Shown: positions 24,102 to 35,255 of the stretch, piece after piece
How positions within the stretch are numbered: position 1 is the first letter of the stretch
Layout of the letters: the number at the start of each line of letters is the position of its first letter
From: Octopus bimaculoides
Taxonomy: Eukaryota
Length of the DNA stretch: 48,197 bases
Direction of reading: 5' to 3'
NCBI RefSeq assembly: GCF_001194135.2
Contig: NC_068981.1
Span: 34,898,946-34,947,142 of the forward strand
Made by a program: the position numbers and the translations under genes
The notes under the pieces: generated by a model
What the model saw: the letters and a program-made list of their open reading frames with translations, nothing else
Told to the model about the DNA's origin: nothing
The model's database searches: none

Positions 24102-24233
24102 CTACGGAACAATTCGAGTGAGAATAAAGAAGAAGACAGAGAAAGAGAAAGAGAGGGAAAGGGAATCATGTCTTCCAGGGAGGAACAAACTGTAGTGAAA
24201 AAATTCTGAAACGGTCGACATTTTATCCTGCAG

Positions 24234-24317
24234 TCATTCAATAATCTATCGGCTACGCCAGCTGGAATTGCGGTTGACACACTGTGCATGTTCTACATAG
24301 ATGTTATCAGAAAGCAA
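24234..24317 (+). CDS. Candidate internal exon (unverified)
   Basis: ttttatcctgcAG acceptor, GTaaga donor, 84 nt, phase 0/0, SFNNLSATPAGIAVDTLCMFYIDVIRKQ (weak resemblance to the NHL/YWTD P.GIAVD motif). Confidence 0.25.
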
Positions 24318-24952
24318 GTAAGATGTTACTAAATCATTCGAATTGAAAGACAAAAAAAAAAAAAAAAAAGAAAACATCAAATATCGGAAGTCAATTGACT
24401 TTATCACTTGACACGTCTTCAGTTCTAGAATTTGATGCATTTGTTAATTATTGCAAATTTTATGGTATATATGAAGTTGAAAAGCTTTAAAATGGGAAAA
24501 TTGTGCATAGAAACTTGGAATCAAACATTACGCAAATTTTCCAAATATGACAATAAGCCAACTAAGGAAAAAAATCAGTGCCTATATTCCCAAAAGAGTC
24601 AAAAAGCTATTATCGTAGCGTCCAAAACAAATATAATGTCACCCACGTGTAAGTAAGTATAAGGCAAGCTTCACAATAAACGAAACGTGCCACAATGTGT
24701 GACAAGGACGGACTTGTTAGCCCGTGCAGTGAAAATGAAACGCACTTGCCGGAACGGCTCACAGGATAGCTCTACATGACTCGCCACACTCATTTGAATA
24801 CCACTGATAAGAAACGACAATGGCTATTTCCAGACAAGTGATGCAACTTCACTTAATCTAGAATAAAAATGAACTTAACACTCCGACACGGTTTTGCTCT
24901 GATAACACATTAACCAAAATAGCTTTAATATCTGATAACTTGAATATGATTT

Positions 24953-24955
24953 GTA

Positions 24956-25008
<53 letters not shown>

Positions 25009-25018
25009 CATTATTATT

Positions 25019-25053
<35 letters not shown>

Positions 25054-25068
25054 CGTTGTTGTTGTTAT
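24953..25068. repeat. (TAT)n(TGT)n microsatellite
   Basis: Directly visible. Confidence 0.95.
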
Positions 25069-25069
25069 G

Positions 25070-25283
25070 GAAGGCGGCGAGCAGGCAGGATCGTTAGCAT
25101 GCCGGGCGAAATGTTTAGCGGCATTTCGCCCTTCTTTACGTTCTGAGTTCAAATTCTGCCGAGGTCGACTTTGCCTTTCATTTTTTCGGGGTCGATAAAT
25201 TAAGTACCACTGAAACACTGGGGTCGATGTAATCAACTTTCCCCTCCTCACAAAATCCAGGCCTTGTGCCTACAGCAGAAAGG

Positions 25284-25285
<2 letters not shown>
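25070..25285 (+). mobile_element. SINE family A monomer inserted in (TAT)n
   Basis: Family A motifs, flanked by trinucleotide repeats on both sides. Confidence 0.85.
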
Positions 25286-25356
<71 letters not shown>

Positions 25357-25576
25357 CTTCGTAACACAGTGTAGGTAAAAATGCACCAGAGTCTTAAGTC
25401 ATCTGTCAAATCACAACAAGGATGTCAGACAGATTATACTTTCCTTAAGATGTGCGCTGTGCCCAATAAGGCTGCTTTTTGCAAGACATCAATCTTGCAT
25501 AGGATTTTCAGTTGCCTTAAGAGGTCTTGAAGTTTCAATGAGATTGAGCCGGTCACCACTGGTATCACTTTTACTC

Positions 25577-25580
<4 letters not shown>
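25357..25580 (-). mobile_element. Severely 5'-truncated R4/Dong-like LINE in (TAA)n
   Basis: VKVIPVVTGSISLKLQDLLRQLKILCKIDVLQKAALLGTAHILRKV* plus short 3' UTR; (TAA)n on both flanks. Confidence 0.8.
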
Positions 25581-25608
<28 letters not shown>

Positions 25609-25634
25609 ATTATTATTATTATTATTATTACTAT

Positions 25635-26556
25635 TATTATTATTATTATTATTGTCATTTCACTTCTCAGAAATCTCGATTTCACTTGCTCCNNNNNNNN
25701 NNNNNNNNNNNNNNNNNNNNNNNNNNNNNNNNNNNNNNNNNNNNNNNNNNNNNNNNNNNNNNNNNNNNNNNCAATTTTCTGAGTATGTCTATTTTCATGT
25801 CAATCCCAATTTCTCCAACAATTTTCTCAAACCTGGATGTTAATGCCCCCCCCCCCTAGAGCCCTTAGAACCACTGGGATGACAATTACTTTCTTCATTG
25901 CCCACATTTGTGCAATCTCATCTTTTTGTGACGTGTACTTCTCAATATTTTCCAGTTCTTTATCATTCACTCCTAGCAGAATCGTTAGGACATCGAGCAA
26001 AATGCTTAGCAGTATTTCGTCCCAGCTCTACGTTCTGAGTTCAAATACTAATACTACCGAGTTTGGTTTGCCTATGATCCTTTGGGAGTCAATAAAATAA
26101 TAACCAGTTAGGATGTAATCGATAAGCATCCAACCCACAAATTTCAGGCCTTATGCCTTTGGTAGAAAACATCATTTATTCAAATCTAAGTAAAACTTAA
26201 ATAATTTTACGAATTAAAACTGATTTGTAGGAATAGTCCACTGAGAGAGTATACTTAATTTGTAACATTCATCACATACATATGATAATTAGCACCGATT
26301 AATAGCTATTTTTAATTATCAGACATGGCTTTACCCAATCTAGAATACCGTTTATTTTGGACTGAACACTCCAAAATAATTTTGCTCTGATGACACACTA
26401 ACCAAATTAGCTTAAATTTCGGATATGTAGTACGTTATTTTAAACTGAACTACGCTAGTTGAGGTTAATGTGTCTTATTTTACGACTGAAAGATGTGACT
26501 TGAGGAAAGTTTGGGTAGTATTTTTAGCACGACGAGCGCCCATACAGAGGGCTCTT
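25635..26556 (-). repeat. Inverted copy of composite segment 33114-34360 (unique DNA + SINE A + Dong 3' end)
   Basis: Reverse-complement match along its length, e.g. ggcgctcgtcgtgcta..aatactacccaaactttcctcaagtcac and ggagtgaatgataaagaactggaaaatattgaga.gtacacgtcacaaaaagatgag; includes gap 25693-25771. Confidence 0.9.
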
Positions 26557-26814
26557 ACATTGGCTCTTAGTAGTTAGTCTTGGTAATCATTGGCGTAGTT
26601 GTCATAGTCACTGCCGCCGCTATCGTCGTGATCGCGGATGTCGTCGATATGGCAGCCGTCGGGGTCGTCATTATGGTTGTCATCGTGGTTCGTTGTCGTG
26701 GTCACCGTCGTGGCCGCCGTCGGTGTCGTCGTTGTAGTAGCTGTAGTCACCGCCATGGTTCCGTCGCTGTTGTTGTCTTTGTTAACGCCCTCGCTGTTGT
26801 TAATGGCTTGCAAG

Positions 26815-27050
26815 TATAGTCAACCGGACTTACCCCAGTTGTGCGCTGAGCGCCGAAACTGTTCTGCCCACTCTAGCTCAATACCCGAGTATAACTGACC
26901 TGTGAGTTTGTGAGGAGCACCTACTGTCTCGTGAAAGACAGATCCTGCTATCAACTGAATCCATTGTGAAGATCGTCCCGCTTCCTTACATTGGCTGGGA
27001 AGGGTGGGCAGTGATTCTTTGTCTGGTAGCTTTAGCGAAAGAGGTTTTTA
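26815..27050 (+). mobile_element. Tx1-like (L1 group) LINE ORF2 C-terminal fragment
   Basis: SAETVLPTLAQYPSITDL*V.E.LLSRERQILLSTESIVKIVPLPYIGWEGWAVILCLVALAKEV; homologous to 32250-32360 on the opposite strand. Confidence 0.75.
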
Positions 27051-28393
27051 ATTATTAAACGTAACAAACTGTCTCATCACTAATCTTGAGAAATTAAGGT
27101 TTTCAAAACCAGAAAGGAGAAAGTTAATCAGAAGATTACAGATACAAACCCTTTATGAAACTGACACAATATGTAAAATTTTCCAAAAGTTTAACATATA
27201 AAATACATGTATATATGTCTAGATATTCGACTATATGCACGAGTATACATGCATAAAAGGAAATATAACGATCTGCACATATACATATATAAAAACATAC
27301 ACAAATATCCTGTTAATGTTGTTGAAATTCAAACAGAGGAACCTTAAATGAAGGTTAAAACTGACTCTTTCTCCACTCGGATGACAACAAATCTAGAAAT
27401 AAAACTAAACATCATGCACACATATAAAAATACGTAAATCACACCTAAACTACATAATGTTCAATGTTATGCAACGAAAATCAATTTGTACCGAACTTGT
27501 ACTAAAAGGCTCGCTTTACTAACGATATTTATTTTAAAAAAACTATAGTTGTCCGATAATTCACGAGACAGATAACACACCATTGTTATCTGTATAAATG
27601 TATACACCCACTTAAGACACATCTGGTACCTATGGCATTCGCTGTATGACCATATTTAATCAATTACTTACGAATTGCTTTATAGTTATCGCTATTTATA
27701 TATTATATTATGTTATATTATATTTTCGTTTTCGTTTCTACGGCTTCATCGGTATCGAAATGTAATAAATGCTTTATGATGCTTAATTGCGTTACTTTGC
27801 TTTTTGAGTTCAGTTCCGGCTCAGATCGACTTTGCCATTCATCTCTTTGGGCGGATGGGGTGGTCGATGAAAGGAGCTCTCCTCAAATTATAAACCATGT
27901 CCTTGTGTTTCTATCAGAAAATATAATGGATATATTCTACTTGACAAAAGAAACGATTGTGACAACTAAGCATAACAATCAATGAGTACAGTTCTTGCCT
28001 AACTTTGTGTTTTGGGCCTTCGACTTCTGGTGGTGTCGAAGGTGCGCCGTGTATTGGACAGTGGTATAGCCCATCCTTTTCTATGCCTCATGTGTCTATG
28101 TATGTGTATATATGTACACGCACATACATGCAGACTCTCTTCCTCCACGCCCTCCTTCTCTCTCTCTCTCTCTCACCCTCCCTCTCAATCTGTAACACTA
28201 AGTCCAAACAAATAAAACAAATACACACAAAAATAGCATAGGTGTCAGTTGCGTCAGGAGGAAGAGTATTTTCAATAATTATTACTGGAGAAACCTTTAT
28301 CAGTTTGAGCGACCTGCAAGAAAGAGCAGCCAATCCCCTTCTCACAATATTATGCTGTCATAAAAATGAACACATTGGATAATGTGGTTCCAT

Positions 28394-28434
<41 letters not shown>

Positions 28435-29097
28435 NNNNNNNNNNNNNNNNNNNNNNNNNNNNNNNNNNNNNNNNNNNNNNNNNNNNNNNNNNNNNNNNNN
28501 NNNNNNNNNNNNNNNNNNNNNNNNNNNNNNNNNNNNNNNNNNNNNNNNNNNNNNNNNNNNNNNNNNNNNNNNNNNNNNNNNNNNNNNNNNNNNNNNNNNN
28601 NNNNNNNNNNNNNNNNNNNNNNNNNNNNNNNNNNNNNNNNNNNNNNNNNNNNNNNNNNNNNNNNNNNNNNNNNNNNNNNNNNNNNNNNNNNNNNNNNNNN
28701 NNNNNNNNNNNNNNNNNNNNNNNNNNNNNNNNNNNNNNNNNNNNNNNNNNNNNNNNNNNNNNNNNNNNNNNNNNNNNNNNNNNNNNNNNNNNNNNNNNNN
28801 NNNNNNNNNNNNNNNNNNNNNNNNNNNNNNNNNNNNNNNNNNNNNNNNNNNNNNNNNNNNNNNNNNNNNNNNNNNNNNNNNNNNNNNNNNNNNNNNNNNN
28901 NNNNNNNNNNNNNNNNTATATATATATATATATATATATTATGTATTATACATCATATATTGTATATATATATGTATATAGAGTATATATATATATGAAT
29001 ATGCATATATACAAATATACATGCATATATGTGTGCATGTATGTGTGAATTTATGTATATATGTGTGTGTGTGTATGTATGTGTGTGTATTTTCAAG

Positions 29098-30152
29098 TGA
29101 GTTTATGCATAATAGCCAGGTTGAACAGCATGATGGAAGTGCAGCAACTGTAGTTACAAAGAAGGTGAAATCAATTGAAAAGCAAAATGCGCTTGAACAA
29201 TTGGCTCATAGGTGGGAACAAAAACCTCTGCATGGCGAATATGTGGCCCGCAGCAAACAAGCTGATGTAGACCAGAAGCACACCCATCAGTGGCTACGGA
29301 GCTCAAGGCTAAAGGCAGAGAGTGAAGATTTTATATTGGCTGAAAAATGGTGTAGACCCAAAGTGCCGATAGTGCAACGAGTGGATGGAAACAGTCGACC
29401 ATCTAATCTCTGGATGTAAGGTTCTAGCACCTGTAGAGTACAAATCAAGATATGACAGAGTTGGTCAATATCTACATTGGATAATGTGTCAACATTATAA
29501 AATCAAAACTGCTGGCAAATGGTACAAGTACCACGCTGAGGCTGTACTGAAGGAGAAAATGTAATTATTCTTTGGGACACCCCAGTATGTACAGATCGGC
29601 CCATTAAGGCAAATATAGCAGATATTGTTGTGAAAGACAAAAGCAATAAAGTCTGTTTATTGAGTGACATGAGCGTACCCTGTGATCATAATATCTCGAC
29701 AAAGGAATTTGATAAGCTCAGAAAATATAAAGATTTGCTAATCGAAATCGAAAAGATGTGGTATCTCAAGACGGTTACAATACCAGTGATTGTAGAGGCA
29801 TTTGGAATGATTGAAAAAAGAACTGAAAATTATTTAAGAATGATCTCTGGCTTACCATTCATGCAGGAAGTGTAAAAGAGTGTCTTAACTGATACGTCAC
29901 ACGTATTAAGAAGTCGCTGTGAATTTTCTCTCCTTTTTCCCCCTTTATTTTATTTGTTTACTTTCTATCTTTTATTTTTTACCTGTTTCTCTCTGTCTTC
30001 CCCTTTTTCTCTGTCACATGACTCTGTAAATGAATAATCTGGTGTGTTTGTTTTAATGGCCTACCAATGTATACGGTTTCTCTGCTCTAGTTGTCAGGAA
30101 GACACTCGGCAAGAAATGGAAACAAAATCGAAAGATGCTAATGAAAATAATA

Positions 30153-30203
<51 letters not shown>
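29098..30203 (+). mobile_element. R4/Dong-like LINE 3' portion with RLE domain, 3' UTR and (TAA)n tail
   Basis: RWEQKPLHGEY...HQWLRSSRLKAESEDFILA, HDRVGQYLHW-like segment, ADIVVKDK..CLL.DMSVP, KYKDLLIEIEKMW, IPVIV; ends in a long (TAA)n run. Confidence 0.88.
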
Positions 30204-30205
<2 letters not shown>

Positions 30206-30775
30206 CACCTAGATGCAATACCAAGCATTTGCTCTCATGGTTTCTGATCTTAACTGATTGAAAGTGTTACCATCTACATTGCTTTGTATTGGTATAAAAC
30301 ATGGGCTACAGCAAATATTCTGCTCAATATCACAGATTTACTTGTCCGTTATTTGACCTTAATCAGTTGAGCATTTCTCTTAGTGGCTGACGATATATGC
30401 ATCTCTGATCACGAGCAGAAGAAGTGGAAGAGAATGATAGCCATGTGATGAGAGGAATTCTTTGGAGTTTGAATAATTCACCTTTGGAAATATGGGTGTT
30501 AAATTCAACATCCTTAAACAAACCTTATTCAGGCACCTTTTGAGCGCGATGGGCTATGTGACCTGAAGAAAATTCAAACTGGGTCCCACCTGCGAGGCCA
30601 TGCGCTATTTATCTTGATATGAGATCACCCTGTTGCTCACTCACATATGGTTGTGATGCATGCGCCTGGTGTACACTTATCAGACGGGTAGTCATGATGG
30701 GTATATTGGGCTTCGTATATTTATACCCAAGAGTCGCTTGATGGCATGCGCTGTTCTCTCATTCAGTAATAATAA
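30204..30775 (-). mobile_element. Non-coding interspersed element E, copy 1, in (TAA)n
   Basis: Colinear with 39175-39725 over ~550 nt; TAA repeats on both flanks. Strand inferred from the reiterated terminus of copy 2. Confidence 0.75.
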
Positions 30776-30777
30776 TG

Positions 30778-31055
30778 ATTTTTTTTATTAACCACAAAGG
30801 GTTTACATTGAAAAAAGATTGTGGAGAGCACAGGATAAACAGAAAGTCGTATAAGCAATGAAAAACAATCGATTATAACAATAAAATTCCTCAAAAGAGT
30901 CTCTTAAGACTGCTCATGGAAACCCCACAAATCCACGATAGTTCTGACCACCATGGTAAGTACCCTCTCCATTTTGCCTACAGGTATATGCTTAGAGAAT
31001 GGCCCATTCACTCGGGACATTGTTGTGACATTCCCCCACCTTTTAACAAAATTAC
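30778..31055 (-). mobile_element. Tx1-like LINE 3' end (3' UTR and last codons)
   Basis: Shares aaattcctcaaaagag, ggaaaccc and gcttagag..ggcccattcactcgg with 31851-32120; ends ccctttgtggttaataaaaaaa. Confidence 0.7.
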
Positions 31056-31056
31056 T

Positions 31057-31850
31057 AATTACACCAAATTCCAAATAGATAAGAGCAGTGAATCGCTTCT
31101 TTGTAGAATTCGTGCCAGCAAAATAGAAACAATCTCACATATTGTGAGTGAGTAAAGCAAGCTATCCCAAAGGCACTACAAAAGGAAGCACGATAACGTG
31201 ACTAAGTTCGTCCACTGTGAAAAATACGGCCTGGACAGAGCACGGAAATGGTATGAATATGAACCAGAAGGAGTCACCGAAAACAATGAATATAAGACAC
31301 TGTGGGATTTTACAATCCAATGTGACTCCCTATTCGATGCTCGGAGACCAGACATTGTTGTGGTAGATAGAGGAATAAAGGAAGCCAAGATTATAGATAA
31401 TGCAATAACTGGGGACGCACGCATAAGTGAAATAGAACTAGAAGAGATTGAAAAGTACAGACTACTAAAAGATGAAATTGCAAGAATGTGGATTATGAGG
31501 AGAGTGTCTGTCATTCCAATAGTTGTAGGGGTATTCGGAGCACTAACTATCAAGTTTGAGAAACATGTCAGAGAAGTTGGAATTGACATGACAGCAGAGT
31601 AAGCCCCCAAAAACCGCTCTGCTAGGGACTGCTAAGATTTTGAGATCGGTACTCGGGTGTTGAATGTCTTCTACGATAATCATTAATCAACTATCAAAGC
31701 TTATAATGTGCGAAAAGAGACCCTGTGAGCCCGCTGACAACAAGCTGTTGTCCGCTCTAGCAGAATCAATCTGAGCAAACGAGACCGAACGCTCTGAGAA
31801 ATAAAGCAATGAGGATGATGTTGATGATGATGATGATGATGATGATGATA
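31057..31850 (+). mobile_element. R4/Dong-like LINE 3' portion with zinc knuckle/RLE and (GAT)n-rich tail
   Basis: SESLLCRI..SKIETISHIVSE..RKHDNV, LWDFTIQCD..DARRPDIVVVD (PD-D/E nuclease), IPIVVGVFGAL, KTALLGTAKILR. Confidence 0.9.
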
Positions 31851-32367
31851 TTTTCTTTATTAACCACTAAGGGTTCAAACAAACATTGGGGACGGTACAA
31901 GACAATTCAATGAGGGGTTTACATAAAATGGACTGTGTAAACAGGGAAATCGATAAAATAAATTTTAACAAGGAAAAATTCCTCAAAAGAGGGAGACTTC
32001 TTAAAGCTGCACGTGGAAACCCTAATCGCTAGAGCTAGCGCCCGCTCCTTATCGTCTATAGGTGCATGCTTAGAGTGGGCCCATTCACTCGGACCATTCT
32101 TGCCACCACATTTTACTAAAATTGCTGGGAAGCAGTAATTACCTCTCTGTACTCACTTTCTGTTCCAAGTGAAACTTTAAAGAGTTGATAAGGGCTTCGC
32201 CAAAGTGGAAAGTATCTGTCTTCAGCCTTTTCATTCTGGTCCACCACACAATCTCTTTCGCTAAGGCTACAAAACAAAAGAACACTGCCTGCCCTTCGCG
32301 GCCAAACCAAAGCGGCGGGACGATCTTCACAATGGATTTAGCCGATAGCCAGATCCATCGTACACGT
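31851..32367 (-). mobile_element. Tx1-like LINE 3' end
   Basis: RWIWLSAKSIVKIVPPLWFGREGQAVFFCFVALAKEIVWWTRMKRLKT..LINSLKFHLEQKVSTER; 3' terminus cccttagtggttaataaagaaaat. Confidence 0.8.
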
Positions 32368-32610
32368 GTTGGCACTCCGTCACTTACGACGTCGAGGGTT
32401 CCAGTTGATCCGATCAACGGAACAGCCTGCTCGTGAAATTAACGTGCAAGTGGCTGAGCACTCCACAGACATGCGTACCCTTATCGTAGTTCACGGGGAT
32501 ATTCAGCGTGACACAGTGTGACAAGGCTGACCCTTTGAATTACAGACACAACAGAAACAGGAAGAAAGAGTGAGAGAAGGTTGTGGTGGAAGAGTACAGC
32601 AGGGTTCGCC
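32368..32610 (-). mobile_element. SINE family C 3' part, running into an N-gap
   Basis: tggcactccgtcacttacgacgtcgagggttccagttgatcc... Confidence 0.88.
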
Positions 32611-33049
32611 NNNNNNNNNNNNNNNNNNNNNNNNNNNNNNNNNNNNNNNNNNNNNNNNNNNNNNNNNNNNNNNNNNNNNNNNNNNNNNNNNNNNNNNNNN
32701 NNNNNNNNNNNNNNNNNNNNNNNNNNNNNNNNNNNNNNNNNNNNNNNNNNNNNNNNNNNNNNNNNNNNNNNNNNNNNNNNNNNNNNNNNNNNNNNNNNNN
32801 NNNNNNNNNNNNNNNNNNNNNNNNNNNNNNNNNNNNNNNNNNNNNNNNNNNNNNNNNNNNNNNNNNNNNNNNNNNNNNNNNNNNNNNNNNNNNNNNNNNN
32901 NNNNNNNNNNNNNNNNNNNNNNNNNNNNNNNNNNNNNNNNNNNNNNNNNNNNNNNNNNNNNNNNNNNNNNNNNNNNNNNNNNNNNNNNNNNNNNNNNNNN
33001 NNNNNNNNNNNNNNNNNNNNNNNNNNNNNNNNNNNNNNNNNNNNNCAAC

Positions 33050-33113
33050 ACTGATTTCATTCATTTGCCACCAGGGCGAAGGATGAGGGGCACAATACAA
33101 AGAAAGACAATTG
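33050..33113 (-). mobile_element. Short Tx1-like 3' terminal fragment
   Basis: gatttc...atttgccaccagggc.aagg.tgaggg..acaatac is also at 34360-34415. Confidence 0.5.
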
Positions 33114-33499
33114 AAGAGTCCCCTGTATAGGCGCTCGTCGTGCTATAAATACTACCCAAACTTTCCTCAAGTCACACCTTTCAGTCGTAAAATAAGACAC
33201 ATTAACCTCAACTGGCGTAGTTCAGTTTAAAATAGAATCCTACATATCCGAAATTTAAGCTAATTTGGTTAGTGTGTCATCAGAGCAAAATTATTTCGGA
33301 GTGTTCAGTCCAAAATAAACGGTATTCTAGGTTGGGTAAAGCCATGTTTGATAATTAAAAATAGCTATTAATCGGTGCTAATTATCATATGTATCTGATG
33401 AATGTTACAAATTAAGTATACATTCCCAGTGGGCCATTCCGACAAATCAGTTTTAATTCGTAAAGTTATTTATCTTTTACTTAGATGTGAATAAATAAT

Positions 33500-33705
33500 A
33501 ATGTTTTCTACCAAAGGCATAAGGCCTGAAATTTGTAGGCTGGAGGCTTGTCGATTACAATGACCCTAACACTTGACTGGTTTTTATTTAATCGACCCCG
33601 AAAGGATCATAGACAAATCGACCTCGGTAGTATTTGAACTCAGAACGTAAAACAGGGACGAAATACTGCTAAGCATTTTGCTCGATGTGCTAACGATTCT
33701 GCCAG
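33500..33705 (-). mobile_element. SINE family A monomer (part of the duplicated composite)
   Basis: Family A motifs; counterpart at 25975-26172 (+). Confidence 0.85.
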
Positions 33706-34360
33706 GAGTGAATGATAAAGAACTGGAAAATATTGAGATGTACACGTCACAAAAAGATGAGATTGCACAAATGTGGGCAATGAAGAAAGTAACTGTCATC
33801 CCAGTGGTTATAGGGGTTGTCATTCCGTCGATGAGGCCTGTAGTTGATCTGATCAACGGAATAACCTGCTCATGAAACTAACGTGCAAGTAGCTGAGCAC
33901 GCCACACATACGAAAATCCTTAACGTAGATTCATCGTTACACAGTGTGAGATAAGGCTGGTCCTTCGACATGCAGCTACATCTCATTTTAGCCAGCTGAG
34001 TGTACTGGTGCAACGTGAAATAAAGTATCTTGCCAAATGACGCAACGCACCGTTGGGATTCGAAATCACGACCTTACGATCGTGAGTGGAATATCCCTAA
34101 CCACTAAGCCACTAAGCTCCCTTCACTGGGAGCATTAGCAATCAGGTTTAAGACATTTGTTGGAGAAATTGGAATTGACATGAGGGTAGAGCATGTTCAG
34201 AAAACTGCTCTATTGAGGACAGCAAGAATTTTGAAATTGGTACTTGGATGTTAAGTATTGTGGAAAGAGTCCTCATGAGACAGGTCCGCTTCTACAGAAT
34301 TACCAGGAGCAAGTGAAGCCGAAAGCTCTGAGAAGTGAAATGACAATAATAATAACAATG
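33706..34360 (+). mobile_element. R4/Dong-like LINE 3' end split by a family D SINE
   Basis: GVNDKELENIEMYTSQKDEIAQMWAMKKVTVIPVVIG | GALAIRFKTFVGEIGIDMRVEHVQKTALLRTARILKLVLGC*, 3' UTR and taataata tail. Confidence 0.85.
33822..34125 (-). mobile_element. SINE family D (tRNA head + CORE-like domain + family C-type tail)
   Basis: gccagctgagtgtactggtgcaacgtgaaataaag core and gttgatctgatcaacggaa tail; absent from the inverted copy at ~25850-25870. Confidence 0.82.
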
Positions 34361-35255
34361 ATTTCTTGTATTTGCCACCAGGGCAAAGGTTGAGGGTGAC
34401 AATACAGAGACAGATATCAAGTGTTGGGGTTTACCTATAATGAAATGTGAGAAAAAATATAAATATTTGTATAGAAAATATACACTGTATACAATAAGAG
34501 AGAGAAGGGAGGCATAGATAGTATACAATAGTAAAAATAAAATAAAATAAAATAAGAGAGGGTGAAGATAGTAATATGACTGTCCTGTTCTCCGACTCAC
34601 AGATCTATACTCAGAGCGGTACCATCCACTCGGCCGACATCCGTCTCACACGCAACAGCAGCTGTTAGACATAACCTCGCAGGTCAGTAATGCCCGGACA
34701 CTAAACGAGTGCGTGCAGAACGGTCTGCGCACACCTCGGACAAGTCGGTAGAGCTTATCTCGAACTGGAAGAACACCTAAGTAGCACAGCCATGCGAAAG
34801 ACATCTGGAAATTATTCATGGTGGTCCCTGACCGGAATGTCCTCCGGAACAGACTACCCAGTTCGTTTTCGTCGACGTCCAAAGTCTCCCCGAGAACGTC
34901 GTCGCACTTCCCCGCCACTAATCCTCTGTGTATTGCTAAAATGGAACTTCACAGATCCCATTTCCCGACTGGTAGAGGGCTGTGAGTACCTTATGACTTT
35001 CTAGGTGCCAGTCTCGGTTTTTTTTTTCACTCAGGACTGTAGTTCCCTCAGGGAGACGAGTTACGGAAAGACGCGCTTCGGAAACGGCGCCCACACATGC
35101 TCACCGTCCAGAAATCGATGTAAGTGGTACAACCTGAGTGCATGTCGTCGCATCAGAAGCCAAGACATGCCTAAGCCACCACGTAGTGGGTACTGGCAGC
35201 TGACTGACCGCCTGGCCATTGGGAAGAGTTCCTTCCACAGGAAAATTGATAATAA
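34360..35255 (-). mobile_element. Tx1-like LINE 3' portion (post-RT region, zf-RVT, 3' UTR)
   Basis: IFLWKELFPMARRSVSCQYPLRGGLGMSWLLMRRHALRL and LFRRTF..MNNFQMSFAWLCYLGVLPVRDKLYR. Confidence 0.82.

Noticed and set aside
26574-26819. Thr/Asp/His-rich ORFs on both strands
   Set aside because: Degenerate (GTC/GTT)n trinucleotide low-complexity DNA; stop-poor by composition.
28215-28320. Strong minus-strand acceptor (ctttcttgcAG) with an open frame SLKLIKVSPVIIIENTLPPDATD
   Set aside because: No good donor in a phase compatible with neighbouring candidates.
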